Source of the DNA: Neophaeotheca triangularis
Lineage: Eukaryota
NCBI GenBank assembly: GCA_054600435.1
Contig: BAAIJX010000017.1
Span: forward strand, 248,001 to 312,000
Direction of reading: 5' to 3'
Length of the DNA: 64,000 nucleotides
Part shown: positions 27,701-39,881 of the stretch, in pieces
How the letters are laid out: every line of letters starts with the position of its first letter
Position numbering within the stretch: position 1 is the stretch's first letter
Program-made: the position numbers and the translations under genes
The notes under the pieces: generated by a model
Databases searched by the model: none
What the model saw: only the letters and a program-made list of their open reading frames with translations
What the model was told of the DNA's origin: nothing

Positions 27701-29790
27701 CCGCTAAGCGCGCGCCGCGGAAGAGCTATCGTAATACGACATCGAGATCATATACCGTAAAGGTAAATCAAACCCTAGAGCAGACAGTCTCTCGCGCTAT
27801 CCTAACATAGAGGCTAATAGAGAATTAAGTGGGGCGGAAATGCTACCTACATTAACTAGGCTTTTCGCTCCCCCGGCGGGCTACTATAAGGCCGCCGAAG
27901 TTCCGGCGAGTAGCCGTACGACGGCCGCTAAAGATAGAGTAGAGATCCTATCTATATCGCTAGGATACGTAGCGCCGGTAAACTACCGGGCATTAGCTAC
28001 CTCGCTAGTAGGCTACACGATAGCTACTAGAGACACCGGTCCTCTAAATAATAAGCTTTAGAGTAATGATACTATGTACACTAAGCGAACGCTCTAAGGG
28101 GGAGGTAAACTAAACCCGACTAGCTCTATCGCTATAGTAGCGCTAACCTATCATGACCCCGTGGGTAAGTAGCTAGGTATACTCGCTATTACCGAGCTAG
28201 ACATTAGAGAGCCTAACGTGGCGGTAGACTAAATCGACCTTAGAGCGGATGTGTTACGCGTATAGTAGGGAGACCCCTTTACTAAACGCATTCGTAAAGA
28301 GATCGACGAGGGACAGTACTATAGAGACGCCGACGGCGCCGCGCCTACATGGTCGGTTAGTTTTACGGGACTTCTTAAAATTAATAGAAAGGTGTATATA
28401 CCGCCGGTAGAAAGCCTACGGGCCGCCGTGCTAAGCTACTACCACGAGGACCTATTAGTAGGACACCTAGGAGTAGGGAAGACTAAAGCCGTTTTCTATA
28501 AGGAGTTTTAGTGGTCTAAGTAGACTAAGGATGTCGAAGAGTATGTCCTTAGGTATAACACCTACTAAAGACATAAGTCGCGCCGCTACCGGCCCTATAG
28601 CGCATTATAATCGCTAAGGGTTCTAGGTGCTAATAAGATCTTCAAGCATTAGTCTATAGACATAGTAGTTAAGTTGCCTGTCGTAGAGACATATAAGGGC
28701 GAAACAGTCGATTCTGTGTTAGTCGTTATTAACTACTTCTTAAAGTTCGCGAGGTATATCCCTATTAGCGAAGCGATAGGGGCCCGCTAACTAGCCGATA
28801 TTTTCGAGCACGAAATTCTTATAAAGTTTAGTAAGCCGAAATCGATTATAACTGACAGAGGCAGTATATTCACCTCCGCATTTTAGATAGAGCTCCTTCG
28901 GTATTAGAAAACCGAGCGCAAGTTATCGACGGTATACTACCCTTAGTCCGACGGGTAGACGGAGAGGCAAAACTAAATAATAGAACAGTATCTACGATGT
29001 TTTGTTAACTTTACATAAACAGATTGGCCTTATTACCTCGTATAGGCTGAATTCGCCTACAATAATAGCGTAAGCGTATCGACTAGAATGTCGCCGTTCT
29101 TTACCGTCTATAGGGCGGAGCCCTAATAGCCCGGCGGCGTTATAGATAACGCCGTCGGAGAGGGAGGTAGCGAACCGACAATCCCCGACCTCTAAGAAAG
29201 AACCGAAAACCAGAAAGCAATTCGCAAAGTCGTCGAGGAGAATATTCGGCACGCTGTCGGTAAGTAGGCAGAATACCACGACTAAAAACACGATCCTATA
29301 GTATTTAGTGTCGACGACGAGGTTCTTATTTCCGCGAAAAACCTAAAAACGTTAAGACTAACTAAAAAGTACTCCTCGCGTTATGTAGGGCCCTTCCGAA
29401 TCGTAGTAAGGGTCGGAAAACAAGTATACCGATTAGCCCTACCTCTATACCTTAGAAAGATCTATAACGTCTTCTATGTCTCTCTCCTCGAACCGTACTA
29501 CCGACGCGCCGACTTCGTACTACTAGCGGAGCGAGAAGTCGATAGAGGCGGCGAATAGGTTGTCGACGAAATAACGGCATCCGGTCTCGACGACGACGGC
29601 GACAAGATGTACTAGGTTCTTTAGAAAGATTAGCTAATAGAAGAGGGTACCTAGGAGAAAGAGAAGTATCTAAATAACGCAAAAGAAGCGATCGTAGACT
29701 TCGAGTAACACTAGCGGACCCACGGCAGCGCGAAAAAGAAGCGTAGAAAGAAAACATAAAGCCCGAAGAAGAAGAATGTTAAGAATACAT
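24770..29790 (+). pseudogene. Element C gag-pol with chromodomain, RIP-mutated
   Basis: CCHC CFKCGNKG(H)..ENC at 25807. Protease GLIDTGA at ~25996. RT LFVKKKNGKLR..VDYRGLNEITIKNKYPL and VYIDD at ~26991. Integrase (HPQ)SDG(Q)TERQN. Chromodomain E(W)VVDEI...(W)KD(W)...T(W)EKE at ~29550-29700. Ends approximate. Confidence 0.9.
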
Positions 29791-29972
29791 AGCTAGGGAA
29801 AAAGAAGAAAACTATAGGAAAAGGACGTAGTATACAAGCTTCTTAATTAACAGCTACTACGGACGGGCTAGCGATAGGATAATAGCGCTTATAGAGAGTA
29901 CGCAAATGATTAAACAAACGCTTAAGCCCTAGTGTCTAACTCCTTCGTAACCTTAGCAATATTAGCCTATAG

Positions 29973-31264
29973 CTAATCTTCGGCACTAATAGACTCCTCT
30001 ACATTCTTACCTGCCGACGGAGCGGCGTCGTCCCCATAGCGTATCCGAAGGAAGCCTAAGAGACTAGAAGGCTTCTTCGGAGCCTTATCCTCCTTATCTA
30101 GCTCCGACGACGAAGAAGAGCTTTCCCTAGAAGATACCTCTAGCGGCGTACCGGCGTCGCCCCTACTACTCTTCCGAACTAGACCCTTAGTCTCTACCGT
30201 AGGCACCTTAGGGGCTACTACCGGCGCCGGCGTACCGACGGTCTCGTCGTAAGGCGGTAACGTATTAACACTAGGCATATCGCGTACTAGCGAAGAAGAA
30301 GGCGCGGCGCGACGGCGGCTAAATATCTCGCCGATAAGCATAGACATTTCCGTGCGGTAGACGGCGATAAGCCTCTCGATAGCATTAGTAACGATCGTAG
30401 CGAAGTCGCGAGTTTAATCCGTAATCAGGCGTACTATGTCGTGCGGAGTCAAGATCTTATCGTTATTAGGACCGGAACGACGAAGGCCCCCCGTTAGGAT
30501 AACGGCGCGGTTATTTTTATAGAAGTACTAGGAGACCTTAGCGTCGACTTCTAAGACCTTTAGGTATATCGGCGAATTAGCGTCGGAACTACCGGTACGG
30601 TTAGCGCGATAGAGCATAGTAGTATGGTTTATCTAGATATAGTAGGCGCGCTAGCTAGCGAGGTTAGGAATGATCTAAAGAGACGTTAGTGAAACTCGTA
30701 ACGACGATAGAGCTACGGCGGGCTTACCTCGACGCATGATTACTTCGCGTTAAAGTAGGTATTATATACCGATCCGGTCGCGGAAGGCACTATCTTATAT
30801 AGCGGGACGAAGTCGACGGACCTAGCGAGAACGTTACTTAAGAGCTCCTTAATGTAGCGCGAATAACGAGGGCGATTAACATTAATAGGAGTAAGCTCCT
30901 TACCCTTATTAATGTCGGCGAAACGACGGAACGCCGGCGTACCCTTATTAGACCTACTCTCCTCACTATTATTACCCTTAGCACGCTTACGTTTCGAGCC
31001 TATACCCTTAACGGCCGCAGCGCGCTTCGTACCAACACCCTCCGACTTTAAACCCTTCTTAGTAGACTTCGACTCGTTAACTAGATCCTTTAACTCCTCC
31101 TCTATAAAACTACTAGCGGCGATCCGACGGCGGCCCTTAGTCATAAAGACTCCCTTAGCGACAATCGCGCTATCTATAGTAAAGGCACCCTTACTATTAA
31201 CGGCTATAGCGCTAACGCTATAGTCGACTAGCGCCTTCGGACGCTTACTAATACATAGAGGCAT
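29973..31264 (-). pseudogene. Element C antisense intron-containing gene with Cys6 zinc-finger-like motif
   Basis: ORFs 30740-31264 and 29973-30347 join through a canonical intron 30727-30675 (GTAAGC...CTAAC...TAG). Corrected RPRCSRC...PLC...SVCNTCFNAKQSCVE. Basic NLS-like GSKRKRAK; Ser/acidic tail. Confidence 0.7.
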
Positions 31265-31977
31265 AATGGAACGGCAGTAGAGTAGTAAAGGCAGTGAATA
31301 AAGTTAGCGAAAAAGGCGATAGCGAGATCGCGAAAAAGTGGTCGATAAAGAAGGAAAGAAGGTATCGGAGGTACAAGGAGCGCCTTTTTGTTAAACTGCG
31401 CTAGGTAAGGTTTTCGAAAGGTTACCGGAAGCAGGTAATAATAGGAAACTAGGTGAGGTTAGTTTCATTATCGAAGAACAATAGGAACCGTATACGGACT
31501 AATAGTAGCGCGTACATAAAGAACTAAAGTTCACTTACTAATAAAGAAGGTCACCTTGTTAAAAGGCAGACCGGCACGCCGAAGGGACTACGATAGAGTG
31601 GAGGCTGTTGTTATTATTATAGTTAAAAGGAGGAAGTCTTCGAAAGAGAAGCGGCCGGCAGGTCACCTCCGCGTAATCATAGCGTAATCACGCTAAGGCT
31701 CCGCTAGCAATTACCGCTCCGCTAGATTACCGCTATATAGCCGTTAATACCGCTTATCGCGACGATAACGTACCTCGCCGTAGCGAACTTAGGTTTAGGG
31801 TGAATTTACTCCGGGGACCCGACGGTACGACGGCAGTACGCGGTATCACTCTTTTCCTTAGTAAAGACACTACCGAGGTTTTTAACGAGGATACTAACAT
31901 ACACGCTATAACGGGGTCTCGCATAACTATACTTATAAGTGCTAGCTCGAGGACGAGCTACTAGAGAGGGAGGTAAT

Positions 31978-32200
31978 TGTTACGACCGCGGCGCTAGCGG
32001 GATATCGGCGGCCTAAGCTATAGAGTAGCTTAGGAGTACTAAGCGCATATACTACGAAAGTATATGAGATAGCTAATAGTGAAGTCTCCTATCTACTATC
32101 GAATAGTTTCTATATTAAAGGACTATTACTATTATTACTATTATTACGCTCCGCCCTCGCTCCGCTATAGTCCCGACCGAGTTATAGTCTCGGTCTTATA
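31978..32200 (+). repeat. 3' LTR of element C
   Basis: Direct repeat of 24437-24659, followed by the TSD AGTAG. Confidence 0.95.
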
Positions 32201-32205
32201 AGTAG

Positions 32206-35200
32206 ACAGTTAGATTAGCTTAAAGAAAGCTATAGAGCGCTAGATTAAAAGCATGCCGAAAAATCTTGTCGCTTACTCTAAGTACGATAGCTACTTCGAA
32301 CCGCGATACATATAGGAGCTAAGGGGCTATAGATTAACCCTAGAACGAATAGCGGGAGTAATAGTTAACATCACGCTCTTGCCGGAAGAACGTCGGCTAT
32401 TCGAAGTAATGTTAATAGCCCGTAAGCCGGCCCTTACGTAGGACTTTAAGGAGTATAGTATAATCTACGAAGATGTATGCCCTCTAGTTAAGATAAGAAC
32501 GGTGCCCTATAAAGCTTAGTAGGCTAAGACATATCCCGTGCCGAAAGCTTTATCTAGGGAGCTCGTCGAGATGTTAGAAGACCGACTAAAAGCCGGTGTC
32601 CTTAAGTATAGCTAAGGGCAATACCGGAATCCTTAGTTTCTAGTTAAAAAGAAGAACGGTAAACATAGGCTAATTAACTCGGCTACCATTCTAAATTCGG
32701 TTACAGTTTGAGATACCATGATACTACCGGACCTCGCGAGCTTCGTCTATTATGTTACGGGTAGACCGCTCCTCTCGCTATACGACGTCTTCTCCGGGTA
32801 TAACGAAATCCGTTTACACGAAGAAAGCTAGGACATAACGGCTATTATGACTCCGTTAGGGCTCCTAAGGCAGACAACGCTACTAATAGGCTAGACAAAC
32901 TTAGTAGCCGTCTTTTGTCGAGCTATGATGTAGATGCTTATAGTGCTATATCTACATGACGCCGTCCCGTACGTCGACGACATTGTCGCTATTAGCGACT
33001 ATAGTGACTCCTAGGGCGACCCTAACCCTTTGCCCGGTATCCGGCTCCTAGTCTATAACTATATCCGGAAACTAGACCGGCTACTCGTAGACATAGAGCG
33101 AGCTAGATGTACTATCGCTATAGGGAAATCGCACTTCCTTTCCGAGGAGCTTAAGGTTATCGGCTTTATATACACGCCTAACGGTACGAAGCTATCGCGT
33201 TTAAAGGTTAAAGCTATCGCCGAGTGGACTAAGTGTCGCATATTGCGTGAAGCTCGTGGCTTTATTAGAATGTATACGTACTACAAGTAGTTAATCTAGG
33301 GATTTACATAGTATACAAGACTAATTATTACGCTTACACGGAAAGATATACCCTTCATCTAGGGACGGGAACAAGCCGCGGTAATAGCGGACCTAAAAGA
33401 GTAGCTAATGAAATTCCCGATAGTGGCCCCGGTTAAATATAGCGTGAACGTAGGCTAACTAGTTCTTATAGTCGATGCGTACGGTACCGGCTAGGGACTT
33501 TACTTATAACAAGAAGTTGCTAGCGCGAAAAGACGAGTTATCCGGTACGATAGCGGTCTCTAGAATAAGAGCGAGCAGAAGTACGATACTATTAAGCTCG
33601 AGTACTAGGCGTTAATGATCGCTCTTAAAAGGTTACGGCTATACCTTTACGGTACGAGGTTTGTAGTCGAAACAGACGCTAACACGCTAGTTGCCTAGCT
33701 TAATAAGGTTGCCTCGGACGTGCCGAATACCATAGTAACTCGCTAGCTAGCTTAGATTTAACTATTTGATTTCGACGTGCGACACGTCGCTAGTATGAAA
33801 AACGTTATCGCTAATAGCCTATCCCGGAAGTCTAATGGGCTAGCTAATACTAAAGATATCGACGACTAGGTTAACGTCTATCTCGACAGCATTTCGGTAG
33901 GGCTGCCCCCGGGACTAGGCCTAACGCCTACTAGTCGCGAAAACAAACCGCGGACCTTAGCGGTAGGGCTACCCCTAGGACTAGGCCTAACGTCTACTAT
34001 TAGTAGAAATAGAGCACCGGCCTTAGCGGTAGGGCTGCCCCCGGAGCTAGTCCTAACGTATACTAGTAACGAAAATCGAGGATCCGTATATATAGTAGGG
34101 TTACTCCCGGTATAGGGCCTAACGCCCGTAAGCGACGAAGACGGAGCTTCGACTCCTTCCGATAGGGAGGGGGAACCTACCGACGACAATATACTCGACT
34201 CTACCTACTCCGAGTACTCGTAAAATGTCGCCCGCTAGCTCACGACTATACGAAGGCCCGTAGACCTATCTAAATCGGAGTTCCGGGCATTTAAGCGACA
34301 AGCGATACGATTCCTAGTCTATAGTAACTAACTGTTTCGCCGCATAAATAGGAACTAGCTATTAACTCGCGTAGTAGATAGAGAGCGGAACCGACTACAG
34401 ATAATAAAGGAACTTCACGATAAGGGTAGTTACCGCGGAAGAGAAGGGACATACCGGAAAGTAGTAGATAGGTACTAGTAGGAAGGCATATATAATACTG
34501 TTACGGCGTATGTTAAGACCTGCCGGGAGTGTTAGCTACGTATACGGAACCGATTAGAAGAACCGCTATACCCTACCTATATAAACGTAGTAGGTAGGAA
34601 GTAGGCCGTCGACCTAGTACGAATACCGGAATCCCGTACTTTCTAGTATATTGCCCTTACCTAGGAAGACGTGTCCGGCTAGGTAGAAGGCCGACCACTA
34701 CATAACACCGAGAGCTATAGGCTAGCTCGCTTCCTTTACGAGGATATCGTAACTAGACACGGAGTGTTCGGGAAACTAGTCTATAATAGAGGCCCGGAGA
34801 ACTAAGGGTAGACTACCGTCCTACTCGAAGGATACGGTATCTAAGACATCACGATCTCGCTATATTACCTATAAGCTAATAGTATAGTGGAACGAGGCTA
34901 CCCGACTATCGTTAACGCGTTAGCTAAAGCGAGTCGAGATACCGGACGACCGTGGCCAGACCTACTCTATAGCGCGCTCTAGGCTAATAGGACTACCGTG
35001 CGAGCTACTACTAGTATGACTCCGGTAGCCGTGATCTATAGTAGGGAGCCTGTCCTACTAGTAGAGTTGTTATTCCCGACCTAGTATAACATTAACTAGA
35101 ACGGCGTTTAAACGACGGAAGACCTACTAGTAGCGCGGATAAAGTAGCTCGAACGTTAGGATAAGAAGATAGACGAAGCCCTTCTACGCTTACGACGCTA

Positions 35201-35670
35201 CCGCGAGTTTAATAAGAAGTACTTCGATAAGACTTACTAGACAAGGCCGGAAGAATTAACTATTAGTGATCTAGTGTTACTCTTCGACTCGGTGCGTAAT
35301 ACTGATATAACGGCGAACCGCAAATTCTCCCCTCGCTAGCTTAGTCTATATCGCATCAAAACGGTCTAGGAGAATATAGGCTCGTACCGACTCGAGGAGC
35401 TTAATGGGACAGTACTAGATAAGCCGCATACTAGTCGACTATTGAAATTGTTCTATCTAAGACCTAATGCACTCGCGATACGGGACGAAGACGACGTAGA
35501 TAACATAGAGGAGCGGGACTCGATATATAGGGGTAACGCGTCTAACCCTAAGGACATCGTCCCGGCTACATAGGAAAGGCCTCGTAGGAGCTAGCGGTTA
35601 TAACCGACTACCGATACTACGCTAGTACCGAGGCGGAGTGGTACTAGTTTCGTCTCGATTCCTAGTATTT
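32206..35670 (+). pseudogene. Element B pol (RT, RNase H, integrase; no chromodomain seen), RIP-mutated
   Basis: YRNP(W)FLVKKKNGKHRLINS; TPLGLLRQTTL(PM)G(W)TN; YVDD at 32970-32981. RNase H RYDSGL(W)NKSEQKYD. HHCC ELHDKG(GH)RGREGTY...CREC. Core (YHPQ)AN(GM)VERG(H). Confidence 0.88.
33895..34125 (+). repeat. 66-bp in-frame tandem repeat (3.5 copies, VGLPPGLGLT) between RNase H and integrase of element B
   Basis: Units begin at 33895, 33961, 34027 and 34093. Confidence 0.85.
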
Positions 35671-35735
35671 AGTATGACCCGATAGAGTATAAGCAATTTG
35701 GTGACCTAGATTCCGATGAAGATTAGTATTACTAC

Positions 35736-36062
35736 ATTGTTCGTAACCGTTATGAACAATAATGGGCCTAATACCGCGTACCCTTATAACACCTTAGCGA
35801 TGCCGTCGAGGCTCGTCGTATTATTCGTAACTATTATGAACAATGCCTTCCGTTACCTTATAGTACCTCGGCAATGTAGACGAGGCCGTCGCATTGTTCG
35901 TAACCGTTATGAACAATGCCTACCGTTAACCTATAATGCGGAGTTATCGCCGCGGCCGCGTTATATTGTTTATATCCGTTATGAATAATGTCTCCCTTTA
36001 CCCTATAAATTCTTGGCGTTACGGCCGAGCTTATCACATTGTTTATAACCGTTGTGAACAAT
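35736..36062 (+). repeat. Array of 5 copies of the 25-bp palindrome ATTGTTCGTAAC-C-GTTAYGAACAAT with 47-59 bp diverged spacers
   Basis: Cores at 35736, 35820, 35893, 35965 and 36038, between the end of pol and the extra ORF. Confidence 0.9.
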
Positions 36063-36756
36063 GATTACTTTTACCTCTATAACACTTTAGTGTTACATGC
36101 CGCGTGTCGGCTAATAACGTGTAGTCACTACTCGTATTACTAGCGTATAAGTTAGTAATATGTAGTCGACACATGCTCCGCTAGCCGACGTAGCTACCTA
36201 TAAAAGAGGCCTCCCCCCCTACTCTACTCCCTCTACCTCTCCTCTCTCTCTAATAGTAACTACTACTACTACTACTACTCCTTCTTCTCTTTCTTATACC
36301 GAGACATTATTAACACTAACTACACTACCCCCGTCTAACTAGCTGTTATTAGTAACACTACTACGAGAACCTTCGAGAAGTTTAGCTTCACTTCTAGAAG
36401 GCTTGAACTACCTACTCCTACCGGCCTTTTACGACATCTTTAAGCTCCGGAGCCTACTACTCCGACACCTCTATCCTTCTCGATACCTCTATCCTTCTTA
36501 ATACTTCTAACACCTCCGTCCTTTAGTGCCTACACCTACTTCCTTACTTCACATTCTTCTAAACCTACGACTTTACCGACACCTTTTCACTTTAATACCT
36601 ATACCGATACCGACACTAATACCGATACCGATACCGATACCGACACATCTTAGCGCGCGACACACTAAGCAACTAACTCTACTTTTCTTCTTCTCCTTAC
36701 TTTCACATCTCTCTCTCTCTCTCTCTTTCCTACATTTAAGATTAAGATTGCTAACT

Positions 36757-39700
36757 ATAGTACCTAAGGAGTCTACTCTAAAGCGCCTATAGGCGAGTTC
36801 CTAAACCGGCTCCGGATTAGGTAGTTCGAATAAACTAGTAGCTCCTAAAAGCCCTCGCCTTACCTATAGCAGCTAGCCTACTACGCGCCCTACTACTACC
36901 TCGGCCGCGCCTACGACTATAACCGCGCCCGCGCCCGACACTACTATAGTAGCGAGGTCTACCGATACGAGCGTCTACCGAAACTAGGGAGTAACTAACG
37001 ACTAGGGAGCTCCTATACTCGACACGTAGCGATATACCTTGAGCTTTTCCGGTATATAGCTTAAAAACACTATAAAGGAGATGCTGTAAAAGATAACTAC
37101 TATAACCGACCTATACGCCTAAGATGCTACGTAGCTCGCTATGCTTAAGATAGTGCATAAAGCTAGCGAAGACTAGGACATGTTAGCGTACATAGTAGAT
37201 AACTATACACGAAGCGACCCTATATAGGCCCCGAAAAGAGCTAAGTTTAGGAAGGTTAAAGACATGGCTGCCCGTAGCCTCGCGACCCGTATATTACTCG
37301 AAAGGAGAACTTCCTCTCTTCGTGTAGGCTAGTTAATGCCGCCGAAGCCGTCGCTTCGGAAACCATTAACCGCATCTTTATAGCTCTAGAGAATGTGTCC
37401 CGGGGATTTATCGATCTCGCTAAATATACCTAGACATCCGAGTAGATGTTCCGGAAGCTACGTACTACTACTAGTATCTAGCTTATACGTAGGCTTGTTA
37501 AGGAAACTCCTATAGGTTAACCGACTAGTAGGAAAGGGAAACTACTCCGCGCGTTCTTCTACACTAAGGCCGACTTTAATTACGCGGTAGGTATAGACTA
37601 GATATCTAAGTTTACGACTAAGCGGACTACCGACGAGCTATAGGACATAGTAGGGGAACTAATTGAAAAATACAAAAGGGTACGCCTAAATGATCGCGTC
37701 CTATACCGAGGATAGGATAGCTAGCTCTCTTTCCTTACCCGTCCTATAGCCCCGACGATACCTAAAGCCCTAGAGACCCTACGACGAGAAGGGCGCTTCG
37801 TTAGTACTATCTCCCCGAGCCCTATAGGATAGCCGCGATCTCGAAACACTAGTATGCCACTAATGCCTACGATTAAGGAGGATGTAGCATCTCTAGTGTC
37901 TACGTCGGAGGAGCTTCGTCGCTAGCTCTAGGGGTATTACTAGCTAATGTAGCCCTCGCCTACGCCTACGTCTACTACCTTAGCCCTTCGTACTCGTACT
38001 TATACCCGGTCTACTAGTGTAGGAACGTTAGCTCCGTCCCCGGGCATGTTAGCTCTACCCCCGGGCATATTAGCTATACCCCCGGGTATAGCCCTAATGC
38101 AAGTAGTACGAGGACCCTAGCTTAGCGAGTTACCCTCTCTAAAGCCGGAAGAGATCCGAGTAGTTATAGAGGCCTAGTTTGCTAGTAATGCCGCATGCGG
38201 TAGTCTACGCGGCGGCCGATATACGTGTAAGGTAGATAAGATAGCCCTACTATAGTTACGGGTCATGCTTAGAGCCGATAACGACTAGCGAACCGGTTTC
38301 CGTATTGCCGTAGAAGATAGGGATCGTATAGAGTTATGTACTAGCTATAGTACCTACCACTATAGCGTGTACGCGACCTACCGGAGACTAGTAGCGTAGA
38401 GTCTTAGGCTAGTTATCTAAGGGAAAGATACGAAGACAACCGACGACTACATCTTCTACATCGCGAAACTCCCGAAGCAATCCTAGAAAAACGTCGTTCG
38501 TGGTAGTATCCGCTAGTTTCTAAACACCGAAGTCTAACGCCTACTAGGGATCTTAGCTAACGTTAATAACCTAGAGACTTTCGCGTACAAACCGGTTAAG
38601 TCTAGCGTAATACGCTACCTCGACAATGACTAGAAAGCGAGGATTACGGAAGGACTCGGCATTACGGTCGCCTAGCGCAAAGAATAGGAAAGGAACGGTA
38701 CTATTAACATTCCGGATTTATTCCCCGAGCTACTAGAGGTTAAGGACCTAATCAATAGCGAGTTTAGCATGTACGACGCCTACCTATAAAACAATATGTC
38801 TAATAGGGGCTAGTGTAGAAATATGTACTACAGCCTAATTTAATAGTACCTTCGCTAGAGCCTAGTGCTAATCCTACTATATGCTCTCTTACGCGATAAC
38901 GGCTTACTTTAGCTAGTGTCCTACCCGTATTACACTAAGAACTAGCACCCTAGGGACTCTACTAGATTTAGGCATATCGATTTGAACCCGGTGTTTACAT
39001 AGAATAACGGTACCGGCGTGTATACTATTTAGGGTAGCGTTAGCATCCTTAATGAGTTTAAGGACGACTATACTATAGTGGTTAAGGGGATATACTAATG
39101 CCTAGAGGAGTGGACGGACTTCCTCGTTACTAATAACCTAGACTATAAGAAAGAGATTATAGCTGTCGACGACACGAACCTGCCGAAAGCTTAGCTCTTA
39201 GCCCGGGGTTTAAAGTAGTAGCCGGTCCCCTATAAGGCCTTCGAAGTTCGCGTTTCTAACCTACGCCTACCCTATAGCACTACTACGTCAAAAGCCGTTC
39301 GCTAACATATAACCGTCCTACCCTAGTTCGTAGGAATCGACCGAGACTATAAGTACCTATAGAATGCCGCTAGTAGAAAGTAGAGCGATATTACTACTAC
39401 ATACCGCGACTTCGTGCCTAGCCCGTTAAGTGCCTCTAGTTACACTACTAAGTATAGAGCTCCTCGTGCACTATTTCCCGCGACCCTACATCTAGCGGTA
39501 TAGGATGCCTTATCTAGAGTAGCCGTCGGCGAATTACGGTATACGAGCCCTAACGTCTAGTAAGTACTACGCACTATTACTACGGAGAGCCCGCGTTATA
39601 TCTAGAAGTACATTTAGGAAATCCGGGATAACGCTATTAAGGCGTACGAGCTCGCCTAGACATATTAGCGAGACGAAGAGAAAAGGGTGTTTTAGAATAA

Positions 39701-39857
39701 GTCGTTCTACCGTTCGGAAAGTTCTAGCTCCGCTCTACCGCTATAGGATAGAGGCAAGAGGGGAGCTATACTAGTAGGATAGGAGGAGCTTATAGAGGAA
39801 ATGTAGGATAAGGAGAACTTAATAGTGGTTTAGGGTAGCGCGGCTACTACGGAGTAG
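36757..39857 (+). pseudogene. Element B extra ORF (~1000 codons) with C-terminal Fe(II)/2-oxoglutarate dioxygenase-like (PhyH-type DSBH) domain, RIP-mutated
   Basis: Single frame from ~37300 to the stop at ~39857, with stops only at RIP-type TAG/TAA codons. The 5' part (36757-~37290) is offset by one frame. Motifs: LVSYPYYTK, FRHIDLN (HID intact at 38973-38981), I(Q)GSVSIL.E..DD(C)T.VVKG(MH), P(C)KAFEVRVS..RLP(HG) (39273-39278), (R)ITVLP(W)FV. Confidence 0.7.
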
Positions 39858-39881
39858 CGAGACTTTCTAGCTAGGGAGGGA

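Larger units (their letters stand above)
24437..32200 (+). mobile_element. Ty3/gypsy chromovirus LTR retrotransposon C (innermost, full-length 7764 bp, RIP-inactivated)
   Basis: 223-bp LTRs at 24437-24659 and 31978-32200. 5-bp TSD AGTAG at 24432-24436 and 32201-32205. PPT AGAGAGGGAGG before the 3' LTR. Confidence 0.94.

Noticed and set aside
35736..36062. CRISPR-like array (palindromic repeat plus spacers)
   Set aside because: Eukaryotic retrotransposon context and no cas genes. The spacers are related to each other (shared TACC..TATA and CGAG/CGCG segments), so this is a diverged tandem repeat with a conserved core.
37322..37383. Possible intron explaining the frame change in the extra ORF of B
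   Set aside because: The downstream frame reads through this segment as plausible protein (RKENFLSSCRLVNAAEAVASETINRIF). A 1-nt indel near 37270-37300 is more parsimonious, but this is unresolved without other copies.
36757..39857. env-like gene interpretation for the third ORF of B
   Set aside because: No signal peptide or transmembrane anchor was seen; the motifs fit a metal-binding dioxygenase instead.
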